Shown here in pieces: positions 18,024 through 28,512 of a stretch of 64,000 nt of DNA; positions within the stretch are counted from its first letter, which is position 1; the number at the start of each line of letters is the position of its first letter. The stretch is taken from NCBI GenBank assembly GCA_965140415.1, contig OZ223209.1, forward strand, positions 32,001-96,000, read 5' to 3'. The DNA comes from Myxococcota bacterium. Lineage in GTDB: Bacteria > Myxococcota_A > SURF-8. The notes beneath the pieces were generated by a model. That model was given only the letters and a program-made list of their open reading frames with translations. It made no database searches and was not told the origin of the DNA. A program made the position numbers and the translations under genes.

Positions 18024-19448
18024 TTACAGATCTCGTATCGCCAGCGCCAGTAGCGTCAGATACAAAGCGAAGCTCCACAGGCAGCGCTTCACTGCGACGT
18101 TTCGTGACGCACTTTTCAACAGCGAAAAACCCGGTAGAGTTGCACAAAGCAGCAACGCAACCGGCCAGCCGATTAGCCCATGACTTGCAAGCAACCATCC
18201 GGGTGGAAGCAATAGACCGAGCGTAATGGCCGCGGCCACCATTCGGTTGATGCGCGATTCCGGCCAGCCCTTGCGCAGCAGGCGCACGTACAAGGTTTGT
18301 ATGTTTTCCGCGCGGTCGGATTCGATGTCCTTGTAATCCTTTGCCATCGACAGCAAGGAACCGCCGCCGAACACCAGAAGCAATGGCCAGAATAACGGCG
18401 TTTCTTTTGCAAAACCGGTTTCCGTGACCGCGCCGCACAAAAAGGAAAACAGCGCAAAGCCACCTTCGATTTTGTAACTTAAGCAAAAACGCGACTTCAG
18501 CCGGAAGCTGGGATGATGATAAAGCAGGCCCAGTAAGGCAATCGCCGCCACCAGCCAGGGCAATAACGGTGCGATTCGCAATTGCCCCCAGGCTAAGAGC
18601 AATAAAAGAAAACTCGTGAACAGAACATCGTTTTCGGTGACGCGCGCCGGACGTCCGGCCCGAAGATCTTCCTTGCGGTCGTAGTAGTCGTTGTGAACGA
18701 TCAACACCAGAAACGTGAAAAAGACCAGACCCGCCCGGCATAAGGCGGTCGTATCGGACGCGCCGACCCAGAACGCACCGCCCGCAGCCAAGGCTGCCAT
18801 CGGTAAGGCGTGTACAAAACGACGTAGACTCGGTCCAAGCTGCTTCCATTGCAACCCGGCGTAAATCAATGCCGCCGCCACCGTCAGTCCTACCGCTACA
18901 GCCGCGTGCTGCCGGGGACCGTTCAACGGCATATGCTGCACCCAGATCGCCCACAGGGCGATCAGTTGCACGATGCCATATGAAACAAGCCAGGCGATTA
19001 CAGCTTTTAAAAAACTGTGGCTGACGGCCAGGACAAATATCCCGGTAGCCACGATCAAGCCCCACAGTACGAGCGATTCACCCAGTGGCTGATCTGCGGC
19101 GAACAGGCTCCATTTAAAGGAGCGAAAATAGATATAGGGCTGTACGCCCGCGCCGCCCAGTGCAAGATCGAACAGCGGGGGAGCCAGTCCGAAAAGCAAG
19201 CCGACGCTGACGGCGTTGGCGACAGCGGTATAGGGCCGACGCAATAAGACCGCCACCAAGGCGGAAAAGGCCAGAAACATCGCAGTGTAAAACGAAGCCT
19301 GCGCCAGCATCAACATGGAAACCTGGCGCACGTCCTGTCCAGTTACGCCCATTTCCAATAGCGCTCTGCCAATTGTGACGACCAGAATCGCCGCTAATGG
19401 TCCACGCGCATCGTAGCGGCTCTCCAGTACCAGCAACACCCGTTTCAT
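18024..19448 (-). CDS. UbiA-family prenyltransferase-like polytopic membrane protein with an extra N-terminal membrane domain
   Basis: Asp-rich motifs HNDYYDRKED and KDYKDIESD...IQTL; many transmembrane segments. Confidence 0.65.
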   Translation of the reverse strand: MKRVLLVLESRYDARGPLAAILVVTIGRALLEMGVTGQDVRQVSMLMLAQASFYTAMFLAFSALVAVLLRRPYTAVANAVSVGLLFGLAPPLFDLALGGAGVQPYIYFRSFKWSLFAADQPLGESLVLWGLIVATGIFVLAVSHSFLKAVIAWLVSYGIVQLIALWAIWVQHMPLNGPRQHAAVAVGLTVAAALIYAGLQWKQLGPSLRRFVHALPMAALAAGGAFWVGASDTTALCRAGLVFFTFLVLIVHNDYYDRKEDLRAGRPARVTENDVLFTSFLLLLLAWGQLRIAPLLPWLVAAIALLGLLYHHPSFRLKSRFCLSYKIEGGFALFSFLCGAVTETGFAKETPLFWPLLLVFGGGSLLSMAKDYKDIESDRAENIQTLYVRLLRKGWPESRINRMVAAAITLGLLLPPGWLLASHGLIGWPVALLLCATLPGFSLLKSASRNVAVKRCLWSFALYLTLLALAIRDL

Positions 19449-19464
19449 TGCACCCCTAACTTGG

Positions 19465-19504
19465 AAAACAAACATTAGGAGCAGGGCGGGTGCCCCGCTT
19501 CAAC
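19465..19504 (-). repeat. Hairpin repeat A, uninterrupted divergent copy
   Basis: Reverse complement GTTGAAGCGGGGCACCCGCCCTGCTCCTAATGTTTGT resembles GTTGGAGCATGGGCTCCTGTCCTGCTCCAACCGTTTGT at 39221. Confidence 0.55.
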
Positions 19505-19629
19505 TTTAAGACTTAATTTCCGAAATAAAAAACCCGCCTTTTGCAGGCAATCACTCCAACAGTTGATCGACAATGCGACCGGTACAGCAGGAACGTTGCA
19601 AAAGGCGGGTAGAACGAAAACAAAAAGTA

Positions 19630-22600
19630 CTACCGAATGACAGACTTACGACGTCGCATAAGGCATCCTGCCAGCAGTAGCGCAAGCCACAGCCAGGCGG
19701 CTTGCAATGGTTGCTGCTGACAGCCTCCGCCCGAACCGCCGCTGCCCTGATCGTCATCCGCATCGACGTCACCCGGAAGCACATCGCCGTCCGGCGCATC
19801 CTGACAGGTTCCACCAATACAGACTTGATCGTCGCAGTCCTTCGTCCAAATCCAACCATCGCCTTCGGCGTTGCAGGTCATCACGACATTGCCGTCGCAG
19901 ATCGTCTCCGACGGTGTACAGGTTTCCGGCAGATCATCACCATCGGGAAGTGTGTCGCCATCTACAATGAGATCGCCGTCGATCAGATCCCCATCTACCA
20001 CGAGATCTCCATCTACAAGGTCGCCGTCCACAACATCACCATCCACTGGCGTGTCGCCGTCCACGACATCACCATCCACCGGTGTGTCGCCGTCCACGAC
20101 GTCACCATCTACCGGCATATCACCGTCTACAACATCACCATCCACGACATCGCCATCCACCGGTGTGTCACCGTCCACGACGTCACCATCCACCGGCGTG
20201 TCTCCGTCTACAACATCACCATCCACGACATCGCCATCCACCGGTGTGTCACCGTCCACGACGTCACCATCCACCGGCGTGTCTCCGTCTACAAAATCAC
20301 CATCAACCGGCAAGTCGCCGTCCACAATATCGCCATCAATGACGTCACCATCCACAACGGGAGTGTACGTTACAGTCAGGACGAAATCGCCGGTAATGGG
20401 CGTAGCCAGATCGCCGAAGTTTTCCACAACGATCAGCACCGGACCGTCGGCGGTTGCAACAAAGGTAAGCCGCTCTTCGCCGGAATCCGCATTGGAATCC
20501 GCCGCATCAAGACAGGTCGCGCCGTCTACGCATTCGCTTAAAATCAGCAGCCCGGCGTCGAAATCGTTGGGAGCCAACACGATATCCACACTGTCTCCCT
20601 CCAACAGGTCGAGTTGGAAGATCACATCCGAACCGCTTGCATCCGCGCTGATGCCGCAGGAAGAGGCATAGGCTCCCAGATGGCTGGGGTGCTGTGCCAG
20701 GGTAGCATGGGTTTCACTGGAAACTTGAATCACGATCGGATTGTCGCAGTTGCCAGATGCTTCAATATGTTGGCAGTCCAGTTGCGGATCGCAGCTATCT
20801 TCCGTCCAGTCGATGCCGTCGTCGCAGGCGTCATCATCCGGAGTATGCACGCACTCGCCGCTGGCCGAGTCGCAGGTGTCGATGGTGCATCCGATACTGT
20901 CATCGCAATCGGCGTTTTCATTGCAGCGCCAGATGCAGCTACCGTTAAGGCATTCGCCCAATACCGGCGGATTGAACTGCACGTAACAGGCCCAGCCATC
21001 GTGCGATGGAAGCTGTTCGCATTGATCCAGATCCTCATTACACTCACCGACGGTGCAGGTAAAGCCATCGTCGCAATCCATGGCCTGCGATACGCAGACA
21101 CCGTTGGAACAATGATCGCCGGTCATGCAGAAGAGGCCGTCGTCACAGGCATTGTTGTCATTGGCGACCGACTGGCAATCCAGAGCGGCGTCGCAGGTAT
21201 CGTCGGTGCAGGGATTGTTATCATCGCAGGCCAGATCGACCGGCGTGTTGCTACAAGTACCCGTTTGCTCATTACAGACATCGCGGGTACAGCTTATTTC
21301 ATCGTCGCAATCCGCGTTCGAATGGCAGAGCAGCGCACAAACACCGTTCAGGCATTCGCCGACGATACCGGCGGCATGATCGTAGTAGCAGGCCCAGCCG
21401 TCATGCGCCGGAAGCTGTTCGCATTGATCCTGATCCTCGTTGCACTGACCGGCAGTGCAAGTGAAGTTGTCCTCGCAATCACGCGGTGTGCTACCGCATT
21501 CGCCGCCCGCGCACTGATCGTTGACCGTACACCACAAACCATCATCACACGCGGCGGTGTTGTTGACATACTGACAGGCATCGGCCTGGTTATCGCAACT
21601 ATCGTCGGTACAGGGATTGTCATCGTCGCAATCGACCGGTTCGGCGGCGACGCAGGCGCAATTGTTGCAGGTTGCCACGCCGTTGCAGAAGATACCGTCG
21701 TCGCAACTGTTACTGTCGTCGCAGCGGTGCATGACGGTGTCGGTGTCTTCGTCGCACCAATCGTCGGTGCAGGGATTGTCGTCTTCGATGACCGGTACGT
21801 TTTCCGCCGTGCAAACGCTGCTTCTACAGCTTTCCACGCCGTTGCAGAACAGGCCGTCGGAACAGTCCGCGCCCTCGGGAAGCGCACAGTGGACACAGGC
21901 GCTGCCATCATAACCATCGATGGTGCAGGCTTCGCTGTCGTCACAATCCTGACCGGCTCCGGTCACCACGACCTGATCGATCCAGACGCTGTCTTCACCG
22001 GAAGACTGGCTGACATCTTTATCGTACACCCAGCGCAGCACGTGACTTCCGGCAGCGAGTGCGCGGGAGTACTGCGACCAGTTGTTCGTTCCGGCCCATT
22101 GTTGCATCTGCTGGCCATCCACCAGGAACTTGAGGTAATCGAAAGAAGATTCGGTGCTTTCCCTGTGATAGAAGCTGACCGTACCGGCTTCGATCAGGTT
22201 GACCGTCAACTCCAACCAGCTGATCTGGTTGTCACCAATATCGCCGTTGACCGCCGAACGTGACCCGGCATAGGCTTGAGCGCTCGTCACAAGCCAGTTG
22301 GCATCTCCACCTGTAGTCCAGCCCGTTGGCAGGGTGTTGGCTTCGAAACCTTCCGAAAGCAGGCCGCCCTGTCCACCGCAATAACCACCGACGCAAACGT
22401 TTTGACCGTCGGCGCAACTGCTGCAATCGTCCAGTGCTTCGCTGATACACGCTCCATTCTGGCAGGAATCGGTGGTGCATTCGTTACCGTCGCCATTGCC
22501 CGTGCAGGGCAGACCGTTACCGACGGCGGGATGCTCGCAGCTTCCGGAAATACAATAATCCTGCGTACAGGAATTACCGTCGTCCTCGCAGGCGGAGTTG

Positions 22601-25600
22601 TCGGGCAATGCGGGATGAGCGCATTGTCCGGAAATGCAGTAATCACCGGTGCAGGGAGAATCGTCCGGGGTACAGGGCGTTTGATCCGGGTAGGGATCGC
22701 CGATGCAGGAACCACTCTGACAGGTTGCGTTTTGCGAGCATTCGTTGCCATCGCTGCAATCGGTGCCATCGGTCAGACCGCAACTCACGCAGACATTGCC
22801 CACTTTGCTTTCGATGGTGCAGGCGTTGCCGTCGTCGCATTCGCTGTACACGCCGGAAACGGACACGTCGTCGATCCAGACCTTGTCCGCACCGTCGGAC
22901 TGGCTTCCGTCCTTGTCGTAGGTCCATTGCAGTTCGTGCTCGCCTGCGCTCAACGGATGGGTGAACTGTTCCCAGTTGTTGGAACCGGCCCACTCGTCAA
23001 CGAGTTCACCGTCCACCAGGAACTGTAAATAATCGTAACTCGATTCCGTGTCTTCCATGTGATAGAAGGATACTTCACCATCCACGCTTAACGTAACGGT
23101 CAATGAAAGCGTTGAGACTTCGCTGTCGTCGATGTCGCCGCTGGCCGCGCTAGCCAGACCGCTGTACATCTGCGCCGTGCTCTGCTGCCAATCCGCATTG
23201 CCGCTGGTTTCCCAGCCGTCACCGGAAGGCAGGCCGCTTTCGAAACCTTCGATCAGCAGATCCGAACCGTAGTTGCACTCTCCGCCGATACAGGAACCGC
23301 TTTCGCCGCAGGCGCTGCAATCGTCGAGCGCTTCGTTCTGACAGCCGCCACTGACGTTACAGCTATCGGTGGTGCAGTCGTTGTGATCGTCGCAACTGAT
23401 GCACTGACCTTCGAAGCAACTTCCGCCCTCACCACAAGCGGTGCAGTTCGTTTCATCTTCATAGTAGCAGCCACCGTTGGGTTCGCACAGATCGACCGTA
23501 CAGGGATTGTTATCGGAGCAGGAAATCGAAGGGTAGCTACAGGCTCCGGTCTGCTCATCGCACACATTCTGCGTGCAGATGTTGTCGTCATCGCATTTCG
23601 GACTGGTGGTGCACATGCCGTCGTTGTCGCAGAATTCAAGCGTGCAGGGGTTGTCGTCGTCGCAGTCGGAATTGTTCTGGCACTCGATGCGATCCTGGGC
23701 GTTGCTCACGTACAGAGCGAAGTCCTGGTCGGTGCTGTCGCCGTTACCGGGCAGGCCGTCGGAGTTGATGTTGGCCGCAATGACTTCAACCGTAAAGCTG
23801 CTGTAACCGCCCACTGGCAGGAATACCACTTCGATGTTGTTCTTGGCATCGAAATCGCCGCCGGTAGCGCTATAGCCTTCCGAAAAGACATTACCCTTGT
23901 ACTGCGTGCCGTTATCCAGAGTAACCAAAAGGTTCAGATCGTTGTTGTAGTTATTGCCGCTGGTCGCGCCGGGCGCGTCGGTAAAGGCCAACGTAATCTT
24001 GACCGGCTGCCCACTGTCTGCGGGGCGTAGGTTCTGCATTTCGAAACTTTGGCCAGTCTGTGTAAACAGTTCGGTCTGATCCGCAACGATCCGGGGCGCG
24101 TCGGTAAAGATACCGGACATGTCGATGCCGCCCCAGCCGACCCACTTGTTCGGAATGTTCGGAATCGCACCACCGTAACCGGTGTTTCCGCCGACCAGAT
24201 CGTAAGTGTGATTGGACATGATGGCTTTGATCATCGCCGGGCTGGGTTCTACGTCGTAAGTCTGATTGTACCAGTGAGCCACCAGCGCCGCCGTTCCGGC
24301 TGCCGCCGGTGTGCTGTGACTGGTGCCGGAAGACCAGGTGTAGAGCGTCTGGCCGCTGGGCCAGTATTCATCGCAGGTACCCTGCACATCCTGATAGTTC
24401 GGATCGGAAGAGGCCACACCCTGGATATGCGTTCCAGGTGCGACGATATCCGGCTTCAGGCGGCCATCCAAACAGAAGCCGCGACTGCTGAAGTCGGCCA
24501 GATCCTTGGCGTTGTCCGCACCTGCGGAAGTCTGCCCGCAGCCGTCATCGCCGGTAGGACGCCAGTTTTCGCTCGCGCCAACGGTAATCACGTTTTTCGC
24601 GGTTCCCGGTGCGCCGATGGATTCGAAGGTTTCGCCGCTGCCCCACTGGCCGCCGTCGCCGTCGTTTCCGGCTGAGAAGAGAATCGTCATCGGTTGCAGG
24701 CCGTTGTCTGCGTTGCGGTCGCTGTCGCGTACAAGCGCATCGTATTCCTGCGCTTCCGAATCGTATTCGCCCATGTTGGACTTACCCCAGCTATTGGTGG
24801 AGATGCGCGCGCCGCCGTCATAGGAAGCGGTAACGATCTGAGTCAACGTCATGCTGCCGGTGTCCCAGCCGTCGGCGTCGAACACGCGACTGGCCGCCAA
24901 CCCGACACCCGGAGCTACGCCCAGACCGTACAGATATCCCGCCGGGTCCAGTACGCCGGAACCGCTCGGATTCGGATACGCACCGACGATGGAAAGATTC
25001 AGCGTGCCGTGGCCGTCGATGTCGTGACCGGAAGAATCGCTGGTATAGTTGTTGATGTAGACGACATGTCCCTGCAAATCGGGATGCATGCCGGTAGTCG
25101 AACCGACGTCGCAACCGCTGTCGGTGATATCGACGATGACGTTATTCAGCCCGGTTTGCAGTCCGCGCGCCTGTAGCCAGGACAGATAACCGGGATTACT
25201 GGGCTGGGTTCCGGCGGAGTTCAACTCACCGGCCATAATCATATCCTGCCGTTCGTCCATCATTTTCGGCTTGATATACGGCTCGACCCAGTAGACATCC
25301 GAGCGGGTAGTCAATAGTCCCACCGTTGCGGAATCCAGGCGGACCTTGTAAATCTTGTGATTGCGGATCGTGACGGCGGAGGCGATGAATTCAAGCGCCT
25401 TGCTTTTAATGATTTCCACCGTGTCGGCGTTACCGGGATGCTGCACGACATACACCGCAACATCCAACTCGCCCCACTGGTTGTCCAAGCGCGGATGCAG
25501 GCGGTCGGCCTGTTTCCAGTTCCGGGCGTAGTCGATGTCGTTTTTCGTATCCGCCAGCGCAGCCGCCAGATTCTTGCCGCTATCGTACACGACATAGGCA

Positions 25601-26019
25601 TTCTCCGGGATGTAATCCAACACTACCAATCCATGCTGCTGCAAACGCTTGACGAAACCGTCCGTAATCGCTCCTCGATGATGCAGCAGTCGAATACCGG
25701 CTGCGCCATCCACCTGGGAAAGCAGGTTGGTCTTGCTCTGCGTCTGTGCCGTTTCCGTTGCCCGGCGCAGATGAATCTGCTTCATCTGCGAGGCATCCCG
25801 CAACCACATTCCTTGCGTATCCTGCTCGAACAAGCGCCCCGAGGCGTCTTCGTACAGCGCGAAATTTCCGTAATCGCGCACGAATGTCGCATCGACAGGT
25901 AAGGTCTTGACAGCACTATCGGTCAATTCCGATTGAGCGGAATCGCCACAGCCTGCAAGCCAGAGCAGGGAGAGAGATACCAATAACATTAACATTTTAC
26001 TTAGCTTGGAATGCGGCAT
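19630..26019 (-). CDS. Giant S8 subtilase (KP-43-like) with Cys-rich repeats, two related beta-sandwich domains, ~26 DGD linker and MYXO-CTERM-like tail
   Basis: Catalytic motifs ITDSG, DGHGT, SGTSHSTP; FSAGNDG, TAKNVITVGA, LKPDIVAPG; many CDDxNPCTxDxC repeats; lipobox WLAGC; tail GGSGGGCQQQP-hydrophobic-RRRK. Start MPHSK at 26019 with GGAAGG upstream. Confidence 0.9.
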   Translation of the reverse strand: MPHSKLSKMLMLLVSLSLLWLAGCGDSAQSELTDSAVKTLPVDATFVRDYGNFALYEDASGRLFEQDTQGMWLRDASQMKQIHLRRATETAQTQSKTNLLSQVDGAAGIRLLHHRGAITDGFVKRLQQHGLVVLDYIPENAYVVYDSGKNLAAALADTKNDIDYARNWKQADRLHPRLDNQWGELDVAVYVVQHPGNADTVEIIKSKALEFIASAVTIRNHKIYKVRLDSATVGLLTTRSDVYWVEPYIKPKMMDERQDMIMAGELNSAGTQPSNPGYLSWLQARGLQTGLNNVIVDITDSGCDVGSTTGMHPDLQGHVVYINNYTSDSSGHDIDGHGTLNLSIVGAYPNPSGSGVLDPAGYLYGLGVAPGVGLAASRVFDADGWDTGSMTLTQIVTASYDGGARISTNSWGKSNMGEYDSEAQEYDALVRDSDRNADNGLQPMTILFSAGNDGDGGQWGSGETFESIGAPGTAKNVITVGASENWRPTGDDGCGQTSAGADNAKDLADFSSRGFCLDGRLKPDIVAPGTHIQGVASSDPNYQDVQGTCDEYWPSGQTLYTWSSGTSHSTPAAAGTAALVAHWYNQTYDVEPSPAMIKAIMSNHTYDLVGGNTGYGGAIPNIPNKWVGWGGIDMSGIFTDAPRIVADQTELFTQTGQSFEMQNLRPADSGQPVKITLAFTDAPGATSGNNYNNDLNLLVTLDNGTQYKGNVFSEGYSATGGDFDAKNNIEVVFLPVGGYSSFTVEVIAANINSDGLPGNGDSTDQDFALYVSNAQDRIECQNNSDCDDDNPCTLEFCDNDGMCTTSPKCDDDNICTQNVCDEQTGACSYPSISCSDNNPCTVDLCEPNGGCYYEDETNCTACGEGGSCFEGQCISCDDHNDCTTDSCNVSGGCQNEALDDCSACGESGSCIGGECNYGSDLLIEGFESGLPSGDGWETSGNADWQQSTAQMYSGLASAASGDIDDSEVSTLSLTVTLSVDGEVSFYHMEDTESSYDYLQFLVDGELVDEWAGSNNWEQFTHPLSAGEHELQWTYDKDGSQSDGADKVWIDDVSVSGVYSECDDGNACTIESKVGNVCVSCGLTDGTDCSDGNECSQNATCQSGSCIGDPYPDQTPCTPDDSPCTGDYCISGQCAHPALPDNSACEDDGNSCTQDYCISGSCEHPAVGNGLPCTGNGDGNECTTDSCQNGACISEALDDCSSCADGQNVCVGGYCGGQGGLLSEGFEANTLPTGWTTGGDANWLVTSAQAYAGSRSAVNGDIGDNQISWLELTVNLIEAGTVSFYHRESTESSFDYLKFLVDGQQMQQWAGTNNWSQYSRALAAGSHVLRWVYDKDVSQSSGEDSVWIDQVVVTGAGQDCDDSEACTIDGYDGSACVHCALPEGADCSDGLFCNGVESCRSSVCTAENVPVIEDDNPCTDDWCDEDTDTVMHRCDDSNSCDDGIFCNGVATCNNCACVAAEPVDCDDDNPCTDDSCDNQADACQYVNNTAACDDGLWCTVNDQCAGGECGSTPRDCEDNFTCTAGQCNEDQDQCEQLPAHDGWACYYDHAAGIVGECLNGVCALLCHSNADCDDEISCTRDVCNEQTGTCSNTPVDLACDDNNPCTDDTCDAALDCQSVANDNNACDDGLFCMTGDHCSNGVCVSQAMDCDDGFTCTVGECNEDLDQCEQLPSHDGWACYVQFNPPVLGECLNGSCIWRCNENADCDDSIGCTIDTCDSASGECVHTPDDDACDDGIDWTEDSCDPQLDCQHIEASGNCDNPIVIQVSSETHATLAQHPSHLGAYASSCGISADASGSDVIFQLDLLEGDSVDIVLAPNDFDAGLLILSECVDGATCLDAADSNADSGEERLTFVATADGPVLIVVENFGDLATPITGDFVLTVTYTPVVDGDVIDGDIVDGDLPVDGDFVDGDTPVDGDVVDGDTPVDGDVVDGDVVDGDTPVDGDVVDGDTPVDGDVVDGDVVDGDMPVDGDVVDGDTPVDGDVVDGDTPVDGDVVDGDLVDGDLVVDGDLIDGDLIVDGDTLPDGDDLPETCTPSETICDGNVVMTCNAEGDGWIWTKDCDDQVCIGGTCQDAPDGDVLPGDVDADDDQGSGGSGGGCQQQPLQAAWLWLALLLAGCLMRRRKSVIR

Positions 26020-26319
26020 GAAACGTCCTTCCATTATCGAGATGAGACATACACAGAGGAGAAACGAGTGTGGCTTGTTTCGAACAGGTTTTCTCGTTGT
26101 AATTTTATTGCAAAACAACCAGGCACGACGATGAGCCCTCTTTACCCGTCGCAACGGTCATGTAAGATCGCAGGCAACGGGGGATCGGAAAAACTTAGGT
26201 GCATCGAACATTATAGGATATGAACCCCTGCACACCGGGGGAGTGTACCAATCGGATAAAAGAAATCAAATGAAAAATGTATGAAAAGGAGCAAACAGGC
26301 AAATAGGCTACGGATTTCG

Positions 26320-27732
26320 TTAGCGATTTTGCATTCCTGCGGCAATCGCTCCTGTAAAACTAACTCCCGCCGCAAACATCAAGGTGAGTTGCAAAGCGTG
26401 AAAATCGGCCTGCTGCCAGCTTCCGCCGGTTGTTCCACCCAATGCCTGAAACAATGCCGTAGATAGCGCCACTCCGGCCATCATGCCGAATGTACGCGAC
26501 ACGGCCAGTACGCTTCCCGCAACGCCCTGCTGGGTTTTAGGAGCCGCTCCCATCAACGCGCTGGAGTTGGGGGAAATGAAAATTCCGGTTCCCAATCCCA
26601 TTACCGCTAACCAAAGCGCCACCTGCAACAAGCTACTATCGGGTCCGATGAAGGACAAGCCACCCAATCCGACCGTCAGAATCAACATGCCAGCCACCGC
26701 CAATGGACGTGTTCCGATGCGATCGGATAACCACCCGGCGGGAGAAGCTACCATTGCCATGATAAAAGGCTGGGCGGTAAGGACGAATCCGGCGTGTCTG
26801 GCATCCGCTCCAAGCGCTTCCATCAAGTAAAATGGAAGTAATATCATCTGGATAAAGAGTGCAATGTAGTTGCATAGCGCGCTGATAACCGAACCGGAGA
26901 AAATGCGGGAGCGGAAAAGGCTCAGGTTCAACAAAGGGAATTCCCGGCGCGATTGAATGCGCACGAATAACGCCAGAAAAGCCAGACCGACTGCCGCCAT
27001 CGCTAACGTCATCGGATTCAACCAGCCCCATTGTTCTCCCTGACCGATAGCGGTCAGAAGCAGGGGCAAGCCGATGATCAGAGTCAACGAACCGATGAAA
27101 TCGAAGGGGGCCGGACGCACCTTTTGCGAGCGGGGCAGAAAGATCATTCCCATAATGAAAATGATGATGGAAATCGGGATATTCAGGAAGAAAATCCAGC
27201 GCCAGCCTAACAGGGAAATCAAGGCGCCGCCCAATGACGGACCGATCGTCAGGCCCACATAGGTTCCCGTGGCCAGAATTCCCAGCGCCTTGCCTCGTTG
27301 CGAAGGCGGAACGGTGGTCGTTAACAGCGCCGGGCTGGTCGCCATGACCATCGCGCCGCTGATGCCTTGCAGAATACGCGAGCCGATCAGCAGTGACAGA
27401 TTCGGCGACATTCCAGCCGCGAAGGAAGAAAAGCCGAACAGGAAAAACCCGATCAGGTAAATTCGAGCATGCCCGAAAATATCTCCCGCGCGCCCGGCGA
27501 TCAGAAGTAGGACCGTCACCGACAACAAAAACGCAAGCATCACCCAACTGACCTGGCCAATCGCCACTTGCATTTCACTTCCGATGGCGGGTAGAGCCAG
27601 GGTGACGGTAGAACCGGCCATGGCGGAAAGCATGGTACCGACACCAACCGTAAAGAGGATCAGCCGTGCCTGACGTTTTTCAGCCGGAGTCATCTGTTGA
27701 TCGTTCGCTGCCTGTGTCGTCTCCACTGCCAT
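26320..27732 (-). CDS. MFS transporter, DHA2 (EmrB/QacA-like) family
   Basis: Many transmembrane segments; GRAGDIFG, WRWIFFLNIP, GWLSDRIG. Confidence 0.88.
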   Translation of the reverse strand: MAVETTQAANDQQMTPAEKRQARLILFTVGVGTMLSAMAGSTVTLALPAIGSEMQVAIGQVSWVMLAFLLSVTVLLLIAGRAGDIFGHARIYLIGFFLFGFSSFAAGMSPNLSLLIGSRILQGISGAMVMATSPALLTTTVPPSQRGKALGILATGTYVGLTIGPSLGGALISLLGWRWIFFLNIPISIIIFIMGMIFLPRSQKVRPAPFDFIGSLTLIIGLPLLLTAIGQGEQWGWLNPMTLAMAAVGLAFLALFVRIQSRREFPLLNLSLFRSRIFSGSVISALCNYIALFIQMILLPFYLMEALGADARHAGFVLTAQPFIMAMVASPAGWLSDRIGTRPLAVAGMLILTVGLGGLSFIGPDSSLLQVALWLAVMGLGTGIFISPNSSALMGAAPKTQQGVAGSVLAVSRTFGMMAGVALSTALFQALGGTTGGSWQQADFHALQLTLMFAAGVSFTGAIAAGMQNR

Positions 27733-27975
27733 GCACTGCTCCTTGAAGTTCCGTCATTTCATCGATAACGATGAATATTCTTTCTATCTTACTCCATTTC
27801 ATTGATGTCGTTTAGAAAAATCCCTTACCATCGCCGATAAAAACCTCACGAAACGTCCACTTAACCGGCCTCTATTCAGACTGAATACAGATGCCACTTG
27901 TATGTTGACAGTTTCGCCCAAATATGCATACTGAATTTGTAATCGGATCTATTGGTAACTATAGGGAGATGGATT

Positions 27976-28392
27976 ATGGCCAAGAAAGTCTTTTCGATTT
28001 CTGTCGTTGTGCTTCTGTGTCTTTTGATCGCCGGTTCGAGTTTGGCTGAAAAACAAACCCCTGCTCCGGGTAGCGTATTTGAAGTCCTGCACAAAGGTCT
28101 CGTTCTGTTAAAAGATGGGAAATACGATGACTGGATGACACAGTACTGTCATCCCGAGGATCTATGTTACAACGACAAGGCTAGAGAATCCTTAAAGAAA
28201 TACAATCTTCCCGCCAAAAAACGACTGGCTCCCGCCTGCCTGAAAGGGAAACAGTTGGACGTCGTTAGAATTGATGGCGATCCTCTAACGGAACCGGTGA
28301 CACGCATCTATCTGCAATGCGACCCCAAAAGTGAGCCGAAAAAGTTCTACATGCGGAAATACAAGGATCAGTGGAAATTCTTTAAGATCTAG
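27976..28392 (+). CDS. Small exported hypothetical protein
   Basis: GGGAGA upstream, signal peptide ending SLA, four Cys in the mature part; TTGACA-16-CATACT at 27905-27932. Confidence 0.65.
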   Translation: MAKKVFSISVVVLLCLLIAGSSLAEKQTPAPGSVFEVLHKGLVLLKDGKYDDWMTQYCHPEDLCYNDKARESLKKYNLPAKKRLAPACLKGKQLDVVRIDGDPLTEPVTRIYLQCDPKSEPKKFYMRKYKDQWKFFKI

Positions 28393-28512
28393 CTAAAGCG
28401 TTTGCCGCCAGCGGTGTTCTTCATTGCATCCGCTATTCCGCCGTGCTACAAATCGAACAGCGGACGAATGAACGTCTGAATCTGAAAACCCGCTTGCAAC
28501 CGGGAGGGCTTT

